Assembly (NCBI GenBank): GCA_965222615.1
Contig: CBDCUI010000009.1
Location: forward strand, 704,001 to 768,000
Reading direction: 5' to 3'
Source: Gammaproteobacteria bacterium
GTDB lineage: Bacteria; Pseudomonadota; Gammaproteobacteria; UBA4575
Length of the DNA: 64,000 nt
The position numbers and the translations under genes are program-made. Position 1 is the first letter of the stretch, and each line of letters starts with the position of its first letter. The notes beneath the pieces are model-generated. The model worked only from the letters and a program-made list of their open reading frames with translations, was not told the origin of the DNA and ran no database searches. Shown piece after piece: positions 55,305-64,000 of the stretch.

Positions 55305-55333
55305 ATATTGGGCCTTTTCGCCGCAATTCAAGG
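55305..55333 (-). promoter_or_regulatory. Sigma32 (RpoH) promoter for dnaKJ
   Basis: CCTTGAA-14bp-CCCAATAT on minus. Confidence 0.65.
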
Positions 55334-55374
55334 TTTTTAGAATAAAAAAGTACTTTTCATTACCCATTTAACCC

Positions 55375-56013
55375 TCATTCATCAGCCACTTTTTCTGAGG
55401 CCTTAGCCACAATCACCATGGCTGGACGTAATAGCCTATCATGTATGGTATAGCCCTTTTGCATCACATTAATTACTGTATTGGGTTGATGCTCCGTGCT
55501 TTCTTGTGTCGTCATTGCCTGATGAAGATTGGGATCAAATACCTCTCCAATTGGATCAATTTCGTCTATGGCAAATTTTTGCAATACACTTGTCAGCATC
55601 TTCAACGTTAACTCGGTGCCTTCTTGTAATTTAGCGGCATCCACATCTCCCGCATTAAGCCCAAGCTCTAAACTATCTTTCACCTGCAATAATTCACTAG
55701 CAAATTTTTCTATGGCGTATTTGTGCGCATTGGATAAATCACGCTCGGAGCGCTTACGCAGATTTTCCATTTCGGCCTGCATGCGTAGCATCTTGTCATG
55801 GTATTCCGTTACTTGCTGCTGTGCTTGCCCCAGCTCGGATCCCTCATCTAAATTTTGCCTTCCTGCATGATCAACTGGTGGCTCAACAGCTTCATTTACT
55901 GAATTAATGTTGTTGTTCTCGTTGTTATTCTCGTTAACGTCTTGGTCTTGGTCTTGGTCTTGATCTTTATTTTGGCCCATGTCTTGATCCATGTTGTGGG
56001 TAGGTTCAGTCAT
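55375..56013 (-). CDS. grpE: Nucleotide exchange factor GrpE
   Basis: AEMENLRKR, FDPNLHQAM, QKGY...RLLRPAMV. Confidence 0.97.
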   Translation of the reverse strand: MTEPTHNMDQDMGQNKDQDQDQDQDVNENNNENNNINSVNEAVEPPVDHAGRQNLDEGSELGQAQQQVTEYHDKMLRMQAEMENLRKRSERDLSNAHKYAIEKFASELLQVKDSLELGLNAGDVDAAKLQEGTELTLKMLTSVLQKFAIDEIDPIGEVFDPNLHQAMTTQESTEHQPNTVINVMQKGYTIHDRLLRPAMVIVAKASEKVADE

Positions 56014-56065
56014 ATCATTACATGCTCACTAAATAGCATAATATTTGTTCATAAAAATATATGGA

Positions 56066-57124
56066 TTAATTTTGATTATTCAAGGCTTCGCCTAGTAATT
56101 TAGCGGTTAAATCCACTATAGGGATTACCCGATCATATGACATGCGAGTAGGACCCACTACTGCAAGCACCCCCATAATCTCATCTTCCACTGCATAGGG
56201 AGAGGTTACTACACTACAATCATCCAAAACTTTATATCCTGCTTCTTGACCAATAAAAATTTGTATGCCATCTGCACAAATACATCGATCCAACAAATTT
56301 AAAAATTCTCGTTTCTGTCCAAACGCTTCAAATAGGTTTCTTAATTTTTCTATATCAGAAAGTTCGTCATATTCCATCAAATTGGTTTGACCCACTACAA
56401 CAAAATCTGCTTTCTCACTATCCGAGTCCGAGAATACTTTTTCTCCCATCTCCACAGCTGAGCGCATTAAGTCATTCATGTGTTCACGTACTTTATTCAA
56501 CTCATCCAAAATTTTCTGTCTGGCTGCAACTAAGTCCTGACCTTCACATAACTCATTTAGGTAATTAGCAGCTTGTTGCAATTCCGACTCTGTATATTCG
56601 CGTTCAGTATGTAGTATTCGATTTTGCACTTCTTTTTGATTAGTCACCAAAATTGCCAAAACCCGTTGATCTGATAGTGGTAAAAATTCAATTTGACGAA
56701 ATTCTGCACGCTCGTGTTTTGGCAATGTAACCACACCGGCCATACTGGTTAATCCTGACAATAAACCTGAAGCGCTTTCCACTAAGCTATTCACCGTCTG
56801 GTTCGGATTTAAGTTTTCAACTAGTTGCGAAATAACTTTAGAATTTACTGGTTGCACTTTAAGCATAGTGTCTACAAATAACCGGTAACCTTTAGTAGTC
56901 GGTACACGACCTGCAGAGGTATGCGGAGACTCAACATAGCCTAACTCTTCTAAGTCTGCCATTACATTGCGTACGGTAGCAGGGCTGATATCAAGCTCTG
57001 AAAGCTTAGCCAAAGTACGTGAACCCAGTGGATGACCATCTGAAATGTAGCTCTCAACCAACACCTTAAGCAGGCGTTGAGTACGCTCATTTAGAGAATT
57101 TGTTGAATCTTCAATCGAAACCAT
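56066..57124 (-). CDS. hrcA: Heat-inducible transcription repressor HrcA
   Basis: SPATVRNVMADLE, PHTSAGRVPT, VGPTRMSY. Confidence 0.98.
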   Translation of the reverse strand: MVSIEDSTNSLNERTQRLLKVLVESYISDGHPLGSRTLAKLSELDISPATVRNVMADLEELGYVESPHTSAGRVPTTKGYRLFVDTMLKVQPVNSKVISQLVENLNPNQTVNSLVESASGLLSGLTSMAGVVTLPKHERAEFRQIEFLPLSDQRVLAILVTNQKEVQNRILHTEREYTESELQQAANYLNELCEGQDLVAARQKILDELNKVREHMNDLMRSAVEMGEKVFSDSDSEKADFVVVGQTNLMEYDELSDIEKLRNLFEAFGQKREFLNLLDRCICADGIQIFIGQEAGYKVLDDCSVVTSPYAVEDEIMGVLAVVGPTRMSYDRVIPIVDLTAKLLGEALNNQN

Positions 57125-57149
57125 GAATACGTGGCATCCTAGCTATGTT

Positions 57150-57176
57150 TTAGCACTCCCCTGAGAAGAGTGCCAA
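57150..57176. promoter_or_regulatory. CIRCE operator
   Basis: TTAGCACTC-N9-GAGTGCCAA (1 mismatch to consensus) just upstream of hrcA. Confidence 0.92.
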
Positions 57177-57277
57177 AAACATAATTGCAAATACTGCGTA
57201 GACCTGTCAAGGAGTGTTCTGACTAGTGCAAACATTAGATCCGTGATAGCTTTCTAGAAAACTAGAAAAACCTTGTC

Positions 57278-58168
57278 GTGAGCCAATTTTCCAAAATCGG
57301 AATCGTTTCCAAGCCTAACGATCCGCATATTGCCGGTACCGTAGCTTCGCTGCATCGCTATTTATTGGCCAGAGCAGCCGACATTTATATGGATGCCGTT
57401 TCCGTGACGCTACTCAATCAAAAATCGGTAAAGCCAAGCAATATTGAAGAAATTGCCGAAATCTGTGATTTGGTTATTGTGGTGGGCGGCGATGGCACCA
57501 TTCTACATGCTGCCCATACCATTATAGAAAAAGACTTACCTATAGTAGGCATTAATATGGGGCACCTCGGATTTCTTGCTGAAATTACGCCGCTGGAAAT
57601 CGAAAAGCAGTTAGACGAAATATTTATAGGGAATTTTATCGAGGAACAACGCTTTGTATTGCAAACGAGTTTAATACGAGACGAAAAAACGATTAGCACG
57701 TCATATGCCGTAAACGATGTAGTTGTGCACGCCATGCAAATGGTTCGTATGATTGAAATGGAAACACGCGTGAACAGCCAGTATCTTAATACACTACGTG
57801 CCGATGGGTATATTGTTGCTACTCCAACAGGCTCTACTGCGTATGCCTTATCGGGAGGAGGTCCGATTTTACATCCAAACTTAGGTGCAATCGTATTGGT
57901 TCCAATATGTCCACATACATTAAGTAATCGCCCTATTGTCGTAGATGCAAATAGCCAAGTTGAAATCATGCTAGCCACAAAAAACCGTTATACCGCATTA
58001 GCTTCTATTGACGGACAAATCAATATGGATTTTAAGCCTGGAGATAGATTAACCATTCAAAAAGGCAAACACACATTGCGCTTGATTCAACCCATGCATT
58101 ATGATTATTTTGATGTGTTGCGCGAAAAATTACGCTGGAGCACGCCCCCTAATAGCAAAAATTCTTAG
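57278..58168 (+). CDS. nadK: NAD kinase
   Basis: GGDGT, GHLGFL, ND motif, TPTGSTAY. Confidence 0.96.
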   Translation: MSQFSKIGIVSKPNDPHIAGTVASLHRYLLARAADIYMDAVSVTLLNQKSVKPSNIEEIAEICDLVIVVGGDGTILHAAHTIIEKDLPIVGINMGHLGFLAEITPLEIEKQLDEIFIGNFIEEQRFVLQTSLIRDEKTISTSYAVNDVVVHAMQMVRMIEMETRVNSQYLNTLRADGYIVATPTGSTAYALSGGGPILHPNLGAIVLVPICPHTLSNRPIVVDANSQVEIMLATKNRYTALASIDGQINMDFKPGDRLTIQKGKHTLRLIQPMHYDYFDVLREKLRWSTPPNSKNS

Positions 58169-58195
58169 GCCTCTCATTATTTACTATGCAGATTA

Positions 58196-59872
58196 ATGCT
58201 TAAATCAATCTACATTAGTAATTTTGCAATCATTGAACAGCTAGAACTAGATTTCTTCACTGGTATGAGCGTGTTAACAGGTGAAACAGGTGCTGGCAAA
58301 TCAATAATTATCGATGCGCTTAACTTAGCGCTGGGTGATCGTGCGGATCGTTCTGCTGCTCGTAATGCTGGAAAGAAAGTTGAGATAGTTGCCACGATTG
58401 AAATAAGTAACTTAAATGAAGTGACAGCTTGGTTGCAAGAACGCGATCTACAAGCTGGGGATGACTGTGTATTAAGACGTGTGGTATCACCAGATAGTAA
58501 ATCTAAGGCATATATCAACAATACTCCATGTTCATTAACGGTGTTGCGCAATCTTGGCGACTTACTAGTTGATGTCTACGGCCAACATGAACATCAGTCA
58601 CTTATGCGCAAAGATAAACAACGTATATTATTAGATAATTATGCTAGTAATGATACAAAAACCGAAAAACTAGCAACCGTTTATCGTCTTTGGCAAAGTT
58701 TAAACAACCAACTACAAAAAATTTTAAACAACCACGAAAATACTCTTTCACAATTAGAGTTGTTGCGCTATCAAAACGCCGAACTTGAGCAGCTCGGTTT
58801 AGGCAATAATGAGTATGAGAAAATAAATGAGCAGTATCTACGCTTAAATAGTGCCAAAGAATTAATAGAAGGCTGTAACCGAATGTCACAACAACTTGCA
58901 GGGGATAACGAAAATACAACCTATGACCACTTAAGTAGCACTGTAAGTGAATTAGAAAAATTAAGCCGATCTGATTCTATGCTTGAAGAACCTTTGGAGG
59001 AATTACAATCTATTCATATTCGTATAAAAGACATCGCAAATACTCTACGTGATTATTCTGAGCGTATATCCACAAATCCTCAAGAATTACAGCAACTCGA
59101 AGAACGCATCAGTGCAGTTGAAGAAATAGCGCGCAAACATAAAGTAAAACCCACAGAACTTGTGTCTCTACACTCATCTATTCAAGCTGAACTAAATAGT
59201 CTTGAAAACGAGCACGAAAATCCGAATAAGATAAAAAATGCTATGCAAGAAGCAGAACTTCATTATCAAATGCTGGCAAAACAAATAAGTTCCTCAAGAA
59301 AGCTAGCTGCTAAAAAATTAAACAAAAAAATAACGGATTTGATGCAATCCCTTGGCATGCAAGGAGGACAATTTCAAATCAACATTCAACCCAAGAAAAC
59401 TCAGGAGCTATCTCTCAATGGGTTAGACGATATTCAATTTATGGTGAGTATGAATCCAGGGCAATCATTACTCCCTATACAAAAAGTTGCATCGGGTGGT
59501 GAACTTTCTCGTTTGAGTTTAGCCATACAAATGGCAACAGCAAATAATCTTGGTATACCAACTCTTATTTTTGATGAAGTAGATGCCGGAGTAGGTGGTG
59601 CGACTGCAGAAGTTGTAGGTAGACATTTACGTAAACTCGGTAATGATGCTCAGGTGCTGTGCGTAACACACTTAGCCCAAGTTGCTGCACAAGCACACCA
59701 TCATTATAAGGTAAATAAATTTGAACAAGATGACTCAGTTAGCACTGAAATTAGCCACCTCACTGAAAACGCGCGTATCGACGAATTGGCGCGCATGTTA
59801 GGTGGTATAGAAATGACACAAAACACTCATGAATACGCCAAAGAAATGTTAAGTCAAACAAAAAATAATTAA
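58196..59872 (+). CDS. recN: DNA repair protein RecN
   Basis: TGETGAGKS, SGGELSR, FDEVD. Confidence 0.98.
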   Translation: MLKSIYISNFAIIEQLELDFFTGMSVLTGETGAGKSIIIDALNLALGDRADRSAARNAGKKVEIVATIEISNLNEVTAWLQERDLQAGDDCVLRRVVSPDSKSKAYINNTPCSLTVLRNLGDLLVDVYGQHEHQSLMRKDKQRILLDNYASNDTKTEKLATVYRLWQSLNNQLQKILNNHENTLSQLELLRYQNAELEQLGLGNNEYEKINEQYLRLNSAKELIEGCNRMSQQLAGDNENTTYDHLSSTVSELEKLSRSDSMLEEPLEELQSIHIRIKDIANTLRDYSERISTNPQELQQLEERISAVEEIARKHKVKPTELVSLHSSIQAELNSLENEHENPNKIKNAMQEAELHYQMLAKQISSSRKLAAKKLNKKITDLMQSLGMQGGQFQINIQPKKTQELSLNGLDDIQFMVSMNPGQSLLPIQKVASGGELSRLSLAIQMATANNLGIPTLIFDEVDAGVGGATAEVVGRHLRKLGNDAQVLCVTHLAQVAAQAHHHYKVNKFEQDDSVSTEISHLTENARIDELARMLGGIEMTQNTHEYAKEMLSQTKNN

Positions 59873-60364
59873 ATGAGATATCTATTCGCTATCATATTTA
59901 CAATCTACTGTTCATTAAGCTTGAGTAGTTGCCAAAGCAAATTGTTAACTGTTTATAAAATTGATGTGCAACAAGGTAATGCATTAGAAACAAAAACGGT
60001 TAATAAAGTTAGTCTTGGCATGAACAAAGAACAAGTTCGCTTTCTTTTGGGCAGCCCACTAATTGTCGATAGTTTTCATCCAGACCGTTGGGATTATGTG
60101 TATCTTTTTAAACCGGGATACGGGAAAGAAGAAAGACGACAATTAACTGTGATTTTTGATCGAAATGAAGTCATCGATATTATTAAGCAAGATATTGATA
60201 CAGACGATACAACGATTATTGAACAAGAAATACAAGATGAAAAAGATGAACAAGAATCAGATACAGAGATTACAGAGAAAGAAAAAGAAGAGCAGGAAGA
60301 ATTAGAACATCAAGCGGAAGAATTAAAAGATATATTGGAAACTAATAAAGACCCAATCAATTAA
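59873..60364 (+). CDS. bamE: Outer membrane assembly lipoprotein BamE with an acidic tail
   Basis: LSSC lipobox; IDVQQGN, GMNKEQV, LGSP, RWDY. Confidence 0.94.
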   Translation: MRYLFAIIFTIYCSLSLSSCQSKLLTVYKIDVQQGNALETKTVNKVSLGMNKEQVRFLLGSPLIVDSFHPDRWDYVYLFKPGYGKEERRQLTVIFDRNEVIDIIKQDIDTDDTTIIEQEIQDEKDEQESDTEITEKEKEEQEELEHQAEELKDILETNKDPIN

Positions 60365-60494
60365 TATCCGGTTCAAAATACATTTAGGTGTAAAAGTTTA
60401 AGTTTATCAACCAGGCACTCTAAGACATGAGCCTAAACAGGCCAAGATTCAAAGGTATTGTTCTTCAATAGCACCTCTTCTATGCGCATTACAT

Positions 60495-60730
60495 CACGCT
60501 GAGAAGCGCAAGATATTTTCAGAGTAAGGCGAGCGGTGTTTAAGCGTAGCGAGTTTGCGATGCCGCTGGGATCATCAACGCAAGAGTAAGTGATGTTCTG
60601 CGCAATGGTTTTGGCAAGAATCGGCTATTTTATTGGGTCGCAACTTCCATGATGCGAACTCTCTCTCGTACTTCCTTGTACTCGCTATTGCCGTAACAAA
60701 AGTACCTTGCTCTCGAGTGAACCTGTTGAG
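60495..60730. repeat. Possible decayed REP/MITE-like intergenic element
   Basis: GC-richer non-coding tract with gcggtgtttaagcgtagcgagttt...gccgc and gtactt...aagtac motifs; single copy in the window. Confidence 0.25.
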
Positions 60731-60888
60731 GAAGAGAACTGTAGTGGTGAGAGAGCGAAAACCGTATATCGCTATCTCTTACGAGCACGGAATGGCTTTA
60801 CTTGATTGGCAATGACTAGTTTCGATTTATTCTGTCTCTGTCTGTTAGTTTAAATTCATGCTAATACAATTTAGCATACTTCAGCTAA

Positions 60889-61323
60889 TTAATTACAAGC
60901 ACCGATATACTTGCCTTCCCACTTAGTAGACATTGTGATTTGTTGCCCATCATAGCTTGCAGAAATATCCATTCCGCCTGAGATGTTAGTGCCCTCCGAT
61001 TTGGCATGCCCTTCGCCTATCATTTCTACTTGTTGATTTTGACAGCGAATTGTCCATGTCATAGATTTTTCGTCTACTTTAGAATCCTGAATCTCACAAT
61101 CCGTCGCATCATCTGTCATCAACTTTTCTGGTGTAATGCTAGATGTCTCTATACAGTCTTTTGCAGTTCTTTCTTGTGTTCCGCCACCAGGCATCGTGAT
61201 ATAACTTTGAATTTCCCATAAACCAGATTTAATCTGCATGCCTCCAGCATAGACAATGCTGACAAAACTGATCACTAAATATATGCTGAATACATGTAAC
61301 AATTGCTTTTGGATGAAACGCAT
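60889..61323 (-). CDS. Exported protein, DUF3617-like
   Basis: Signal peptide; GLWEI; paired Cys; GKYIGAC C-terminus. Confidence 0.75.
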   Translation of the reverse strand: MRFIQKQLLHVFSIYLVISFVSIVYAGGMQIKSGLWEIQSYITMPGGGTQERTAKDCIETSSITPEKLMTDDATDCEIQDSKVDEKSMTWTIRCQNQQVEMIGEGHAKSEGTNISGGMDISASYDGQQITMSTKWEGKYIGACN

Positions 61324-61361
61324 GAAATTCCTTTAGTTAGTTAAGTATTATTATAGCGACC

Positions 61362-61652
61362 TTAGCTACTTAATTCAGCTCGCATTCGCCGTGCTTCCAT
61401 AGGGTTTTTGTGTAAAGGTCGATATATCTCGACTCTGTCATTATCAGATAAGACATGTTCCAGGCTTACTATGTTCCCATGGATACCAACGTTATTATTA
61501 TTCAAATTAATCTCAGGATATTTATCCAAAATTTTAGAATGCTGAATGGCCTGTAACACACTCGCATGCTTGGGCATGGATAGAGAGATTATCTCTTGGT
61601 AATGAGGCAATGCATAACAAACCTTCACAGAAATTGAAGCTTTATTTCCCAT
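61362..61652 (-). CDS. rnfH: RnfH/RatB ubiquitin-like protein
   Basis: VCYALP, DRVEIYRPL..P..ARR; overlaps the ratA stop. Confidence 0.9.
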   Translation of the reverse strand: MGNKASISVKVCYALPHYQEIISLSMPKHASVLQAIQHSKILDKYPEINLNNNNVGIHGNIVSLEHVLSDNDRVEIYRPLHKNPMEARRMRAELSS

Positions 61653-62076
61653 ATAGATCTTCAGCTCTTTGCGCAAAAGCCGAAACCAGTTTGTTCGTTA
61701 CTTGGTTGAAAATTGGCCCAAGTGTAGCCTCATACAAACGATTTGCAAATGAAAATTCCATATCGAGCTCAACACGACATGCCTTAGTATCTATCTCGTG
61801 AAACTGCCACGTACCGATTAAATGATTAAATGGGCCTTCAACTAAGTGCATAGTAATCTTTTCATTTTTTACCAACTCATTCTTAGTCGTCACTGATGCC
61901 GTAATACCTCGATTTGCAAAGTGCATGGTGGCTTGTTTTTCATATTCAGTTTCATTGTGCACCTCACATTTTACACACCATGGGATAAATTCAGGATAAA
62001 CATCAACATCATTAACTAACAAATACATTTGTGTTGCTGAGTATGGTAACAATGCACTGCGTTGAACATGTGTCAT
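61642..62076 (-). CDS. ratA: RatA/PasT (Coq10-like START domain)
   Basis: RSALLPYSA..MY.LVNDV..YPEFIPWC, GPFNHLIGTWQF, AFAQRA. Confidence 0.93.
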   Translation of the reverse strand: MTHVQRSALLPYSATQMYLLVNDVDVYPEFIPWCVKCEVHNETEYEKQATMHFANRGITASVTTKNELVKNEKITMHLVEGPFNHLIGTWQFHEIDTKACRVELDMEFSFANRLYEATLGPIFNQVTNKLVSAFAQRAEDLYGK

Positions 62077-62085
62077 AGGAGTACT

Positions 62086-62224
62086 TTAAGTAACCTCTGA
62101 TTTATTCTGTCCTAATTAATTTTCTTAGGTCGTTAAAAATGATCTCAAAATGCTCATGTATTGTCATATACCTTCCGCTTTTTTGACCATCTCAGTTATT
62201 TCATTAATAAATCAGAGCCTCCTA
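62086..62224 (-). mobile_element. MITE-like element copy 7 (inverted); its end overlaps the transporter stop codon
   Basis: ctctgatttatt ... tctcagttatttcattaataaatcagag; central gctcatgta. Confidence 0.78.
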
Positions 62225-63619
62225 TGCAATACTTAATTTTTCTAGAACACCAATCACATGTAAAAAGATAAGTATCACTCCTATGGGGGTTATATATCTT
62301 GCTAGGAAGCGCCAAAGTTGATAAGCACCTTCGTGTTTGATTTTCAGTTCATCGCGTTGTGAAGATTCATGCATTAACCATGCAGCAAAAATGCAAATTA
62401 AAATGCCGCCCAATGGCAGCATGATATTTGAAGTTGCATAATCTAATAAATCAAAAAATGATTTTCCTTCAAGAAAAGTACCATTGAATAACTCGATTTT
62501 GTTCCAGTTATTAAATGAAAAAACTGTACCCAAGCCAATTGCCCAGGTCACAGCTCCACAAATTAGCGACGAAGTCAGGCGTGAAATAGAAAACTTTTCA
62601 ATCATCCATGCTACTGCTGGCTCAATTAGCGATATTGCAGATGTCCATGCCGCAAAAACCAATAATATGAAAAACAAAGTTCCAAATATGATCCCACCTG
62701 GCATCTGTCCAAAAGCAAGTGGCAGTGTATTGAAAATTAATCCAGGCCCTTGTCCAGCTTCTAAACCATTTGCAAATACTATAGGGAAAATTGCTAAACC
62801 AGCTAACAATGCAACAAGAGTATCTGCAATCGCAACTTGAAAACTCGTAGTGGCAATCGATGCATCATCGGGAAGATAAGATCCATACATCATAATTGCA
62901 CCCATACCTAAGCTTAAACTAAAAAAAGCCTGGCCCATTGCCTTCAGTACGACTTCAGGACTTAATTTCGAAAAATCCGGTGCAAATAAAAACCTCAAAC
63001 CGGTGAGAAACTCTCCTTTAAAGATTGCATAAACGATCATCACAAGGATCAACACAAATAAAGCCGGCATTAAAAAACGAACCGCAGTTTCTAAACCTTT
63101 ATTAACCCCTCGAACCACTACCGCTATAGTAAGCACCATAAATATGGTGTGCCAAAAAATCAGACGGGTGGGATTTGATATTAAGGAATTAAAGATATCT
63201 CCAGCACCTTCACTGGAAATTTGAACGAAGGTGCCCGAACCAATTTCAACCACATAGGCTAATGCCCAACCGGCAATCACGCTGTAATAGGAAAGAATTA
63301 GAAAACCCGCTAATACACCCATTAGTCCTAATAGACTCCATGAGTTACTACGCTTTTCTTCTGCTGCTAATGTACTCATGGTATTTACTGGACTACTTCT
63401 ACCTCTGCGTCCGAGTAATACTTCAGACATCATTACAGGAATACCAAACAACACAATACAGATTAGATAAAGTAATACAAAGGCACCGCCGCCACTGTCA
63501 CCTGCCATGTAAGGAAATTTCCAAATATTGCCCAGCCCAACCGCAGACCCAGCTGCCGCCAAAACAAACGCAAATCTTGAAGACCAGTAACCGTGGATAG
63601 ATGTTCTTGAGGCAGTCAT
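62222..63619 (-). CDS. Sodium-dependent transporter (NSS/SNF family)
   Basis: WSSRFAFVLAAAGSAVGLGNIWKFPY, GQAFFSLSLG. Confidence 0.95.
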   Translation of the reverse strand: MTASRTSIHGYWSSRFAFVLAAAGSAVGLGNIWKFPYMAGDSGGGAFVLLYLICIVLFGIPVMMSEVLLGRRGRSSPVNTMSTLAAEEKRSNSWSLLGLMGVLAGFLILSYYSVIAGWALAYVVEIGSGTFVQISSEGAGDIFNSLISNPTRLIFWHTIFMVLTIAVVVRGVNKGLETAVRFLMPALFVLILVMIVYAIFKGEFLTGLRFLFAPDFSKLSPEVVLKAMGQAFFSLSLGMGAIMMYGSYLPDDASIATTSFQVAIADTLVALLAGLAIFPIVFANGLEAGQGPGLIFNTLPLAFGQMPGGIIFGTLFFILLVFAAWTSAISLIEPAVAWMIEKFSISRLTSSLICGAVTWAIGLGTVFSFNNWNKIELFNGTFLEGKSFFDLLDYATSNIMLPLGGILICIFAAWLMHESSQRDELKIKHEGAYQLWRFLARYITPIGVILIFLHVIGVLEKLSIA

Positions 63620-63717
63620 TGATTTTACATTATTGAGTAATCAATTCAGCACGCATAAATATTATTTAACATATACTACGGAGTTAACAGAAACAATCTT
63701 ACGTATATAAAATTCAA

Positions 63718-63940
63718 TTGGGAAGACTCTGATTTATTAATGAAATGACTGAGATTGAGGCAAAAAATGTCGAGACAAATCTGCCGGGAGCAGATTCGGA
63801 AAACTCTGCTAGCCGCCGGCCGAGCACCTGGAAGGTACGAGTCAAAGCATAGTGTATTGGTGAATACATGAGCGTTTCGAAACATTTTACTTTAACCACA
63901 TTTCTTAGGGACATATCAGAATAAATCAGAGCCCCTCTAA
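63718..63940 (+). mobile_element. MITE-like element copy 8 (long form, nested module at ~63774-63843)
   Basis: ctctgatttattaatgaaatgactgagatt ... catatcagaataaatcagag; matches copy 4. Confidence 0.8.
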
Positions 63941-64000
63941 ACCATATTAGACCAATGGCTAAAGCCAAAACTAAATTCGATAATAATATAGCGATCAATA

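Noticed and set aside
60365-60888. tmRNA (ssrA) expected near bamE/ratA
   Set aside because: No tRNA-like termini or tag peptide frame recognised
61362-62076. ratA-rnfH as a toxin-antitoxin or defence module
   Set aside because: Conserved core pair; RatA is a Coq10-like quinone-binding protein in its usual context

Overview
AT-rich (about 40% GC by eye) gammaproteobacterial chromosome segment, mostly housekeeping and mostly on the minus strand. Core blocks are xseA-dksA-gluQ; tRNA-fMet...rimP-nusA-infB-rbfA-truB-rpsO-pnp-msrB; a 14-gene nuoA-N operon; tRNA-Leu, secG, tpiA, glmM, ftsH, rlmE, greA, carAB, dapB; hrcA-grpE-dnaK-dnaJ with a CIRCE; and nadK-recN-bamE, rnfH/ratA and an NSS transporter. 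Four things stand out. (1) A five-gene oxygenase cluster at 2.7-6.4 kb encodes a XylM/AlkB-type membrane diiron monooxygenase with a His->Gln change in its last His box and anomalously high GC, a 59-aa ferredoxin missing from the ORF track, a GST, a XylA-type reductase and a 2-TM protein. (2) Eight copies of a ~140/220-bp palindromic MITE-like element with co-varying ends sit mostly at gene stop codons, supply the stops of rbfA and nuoE, and two carry a nested 70-bp hairpin module. (3) The tRNA-fMet locus has att-like duplications, an integrase-less islet and two tandem 'ghost' tRNA units whose bodies are deleted. (4) DksA carries a histone-H1-like tail, and a 32-aa membrane microprotein lies between secG and tRNA-Leu. 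All calls come from motif reading and synteny; no searches were run.
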